Of a stretch of DNA of 64,000 nucleotides, positions 63,101 to 64,000 are shown one piece after another. The stretch's first letter is position 1, and every line of letters starts with the position of its first letter. A program made the translations under genes and the position numbers. The stretch is from Ascoidea asiatica JCM 7603 (taxonomy: Eukaryota; Fungi; Ascomycota): assembly GCA_001600695.1 (NCBI GenBank), contig BCKQ01000004.1:1435205-1499204 (forward strand). The letters are read 5' to 3'. Under the pieces are notes generated by a model. That model made no database searches. It was not told where the DNA came from and was given only the letters and a program-made list of their open reading frames with translations.

Positions 63101-64000
63101 AATAGCAGTATACGTGGTGCGTCATATATTCTGTGTAGGGATGAAGAATGTGCCTTGTAAAATTTGATATCCAAACATTATCTGGTAATTGTGAACAGCA
63201 TAAGTCTCATACATAACCTAGTTACCCACAACAATAATGCAGAATACCACGTGTGTACAAGTTAATAACTATCAGCTCAAAATTGAAAACCAAAGGTACA
63301 CCCACCGAAGTGTAACAAAAAAGAGGTGGGTGGGTGATTCAACTATTAAATTTCTTATTTAATTTACTATTATTATAATGTTTTATAAAATCCTAACTTA
63401 TTTACTAAATTTATTCCTATTAATTGCTTAATTGTCTTTGAAAATTGGATTAATGAAAAAAGATATATAAGTCAATTATATAGATTTTGACGTCAAACTC
63501 ATAACTATTCGAAAAAATAATTGTTGAGGTCGTAAAATTTTATTTTTTTGTTGAAACATAAAAAAAGTTAAAAAAGAAAAATAATTTTATTTAGTTAACG
63601 TTGAAAGAGAATTGTAATTACTATATAAAAGATATGAAATCTCATAGTTATTTAATATAGCATTGCGACATGCTTCATTAATTAAACGGAATCCATGTCT
63701 TTTATTTTTGATTTTATTTTTGACAGAAGAATTTTATTGACGATAAAAACACTTTATTTGGAGCTATAGCTTGTTTTTGTGGTAATACGCCAAATCAATT
63801 TGTTCTGAAATTTATCATAATAAATATTTCTATTCATATTGTGAGTAAATTCCGGAGGCGTAGTACCACCTTTTGCCATTCAAAACATAATTATAATGAT
63901 CAATATTAAAGTTAACATTCTTTTCTTTGAAATGATTAAAGAAAGTTTTGATTCTTTCATCATTATTGATTTCATTTCTAGATTGATTTGGTATTTTGTC

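Overview
Very AT-rich budding-yeast (Saccharomycotina) DNA with intron-free ORFs and long poly-Asn tracts. A Pichiaceae/Candida boidinii-like origin is my inference from composition and gene content. Bases 1-42.6 kb are an ordinary chromosome arm: CLC channel, two APC permease paralogs flanking PHO89, IAH1, INP54, a sugar porter, BNI4, elongin A, a secreted multicopper oxidase, a cupin, a GH76 mannanase, an aldo-keto reductase and an SLC35-type transporter. This part also holds nine full-length tRNA loci (one with a damaged B-box) and a tRNA-Gly 5' half. From about 42.7 kb to the window end there is no intact gene. Instead there is a graveyard of decayed transposons: a piggyBac-like element, a possible Merlin/IS1595-like relic, a ~1 kb solo LTR, a hAT transposase, a full-length Ty1/copia element and a possible MULE. 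This block is a candidate regional centromere or heterochromatin block. The most striking system is a piggyBac-family DNA transposon that appears to target ATAT rather than TTAA. It is present as a decayed 3.8 kb element (42979-46801) and as a pristine 305 bp MITE with perfect 43 bp TIRs (29879-30183), which suggests recent mobilisation. All protein assignments come from motif recognition by eye; no searches were run.
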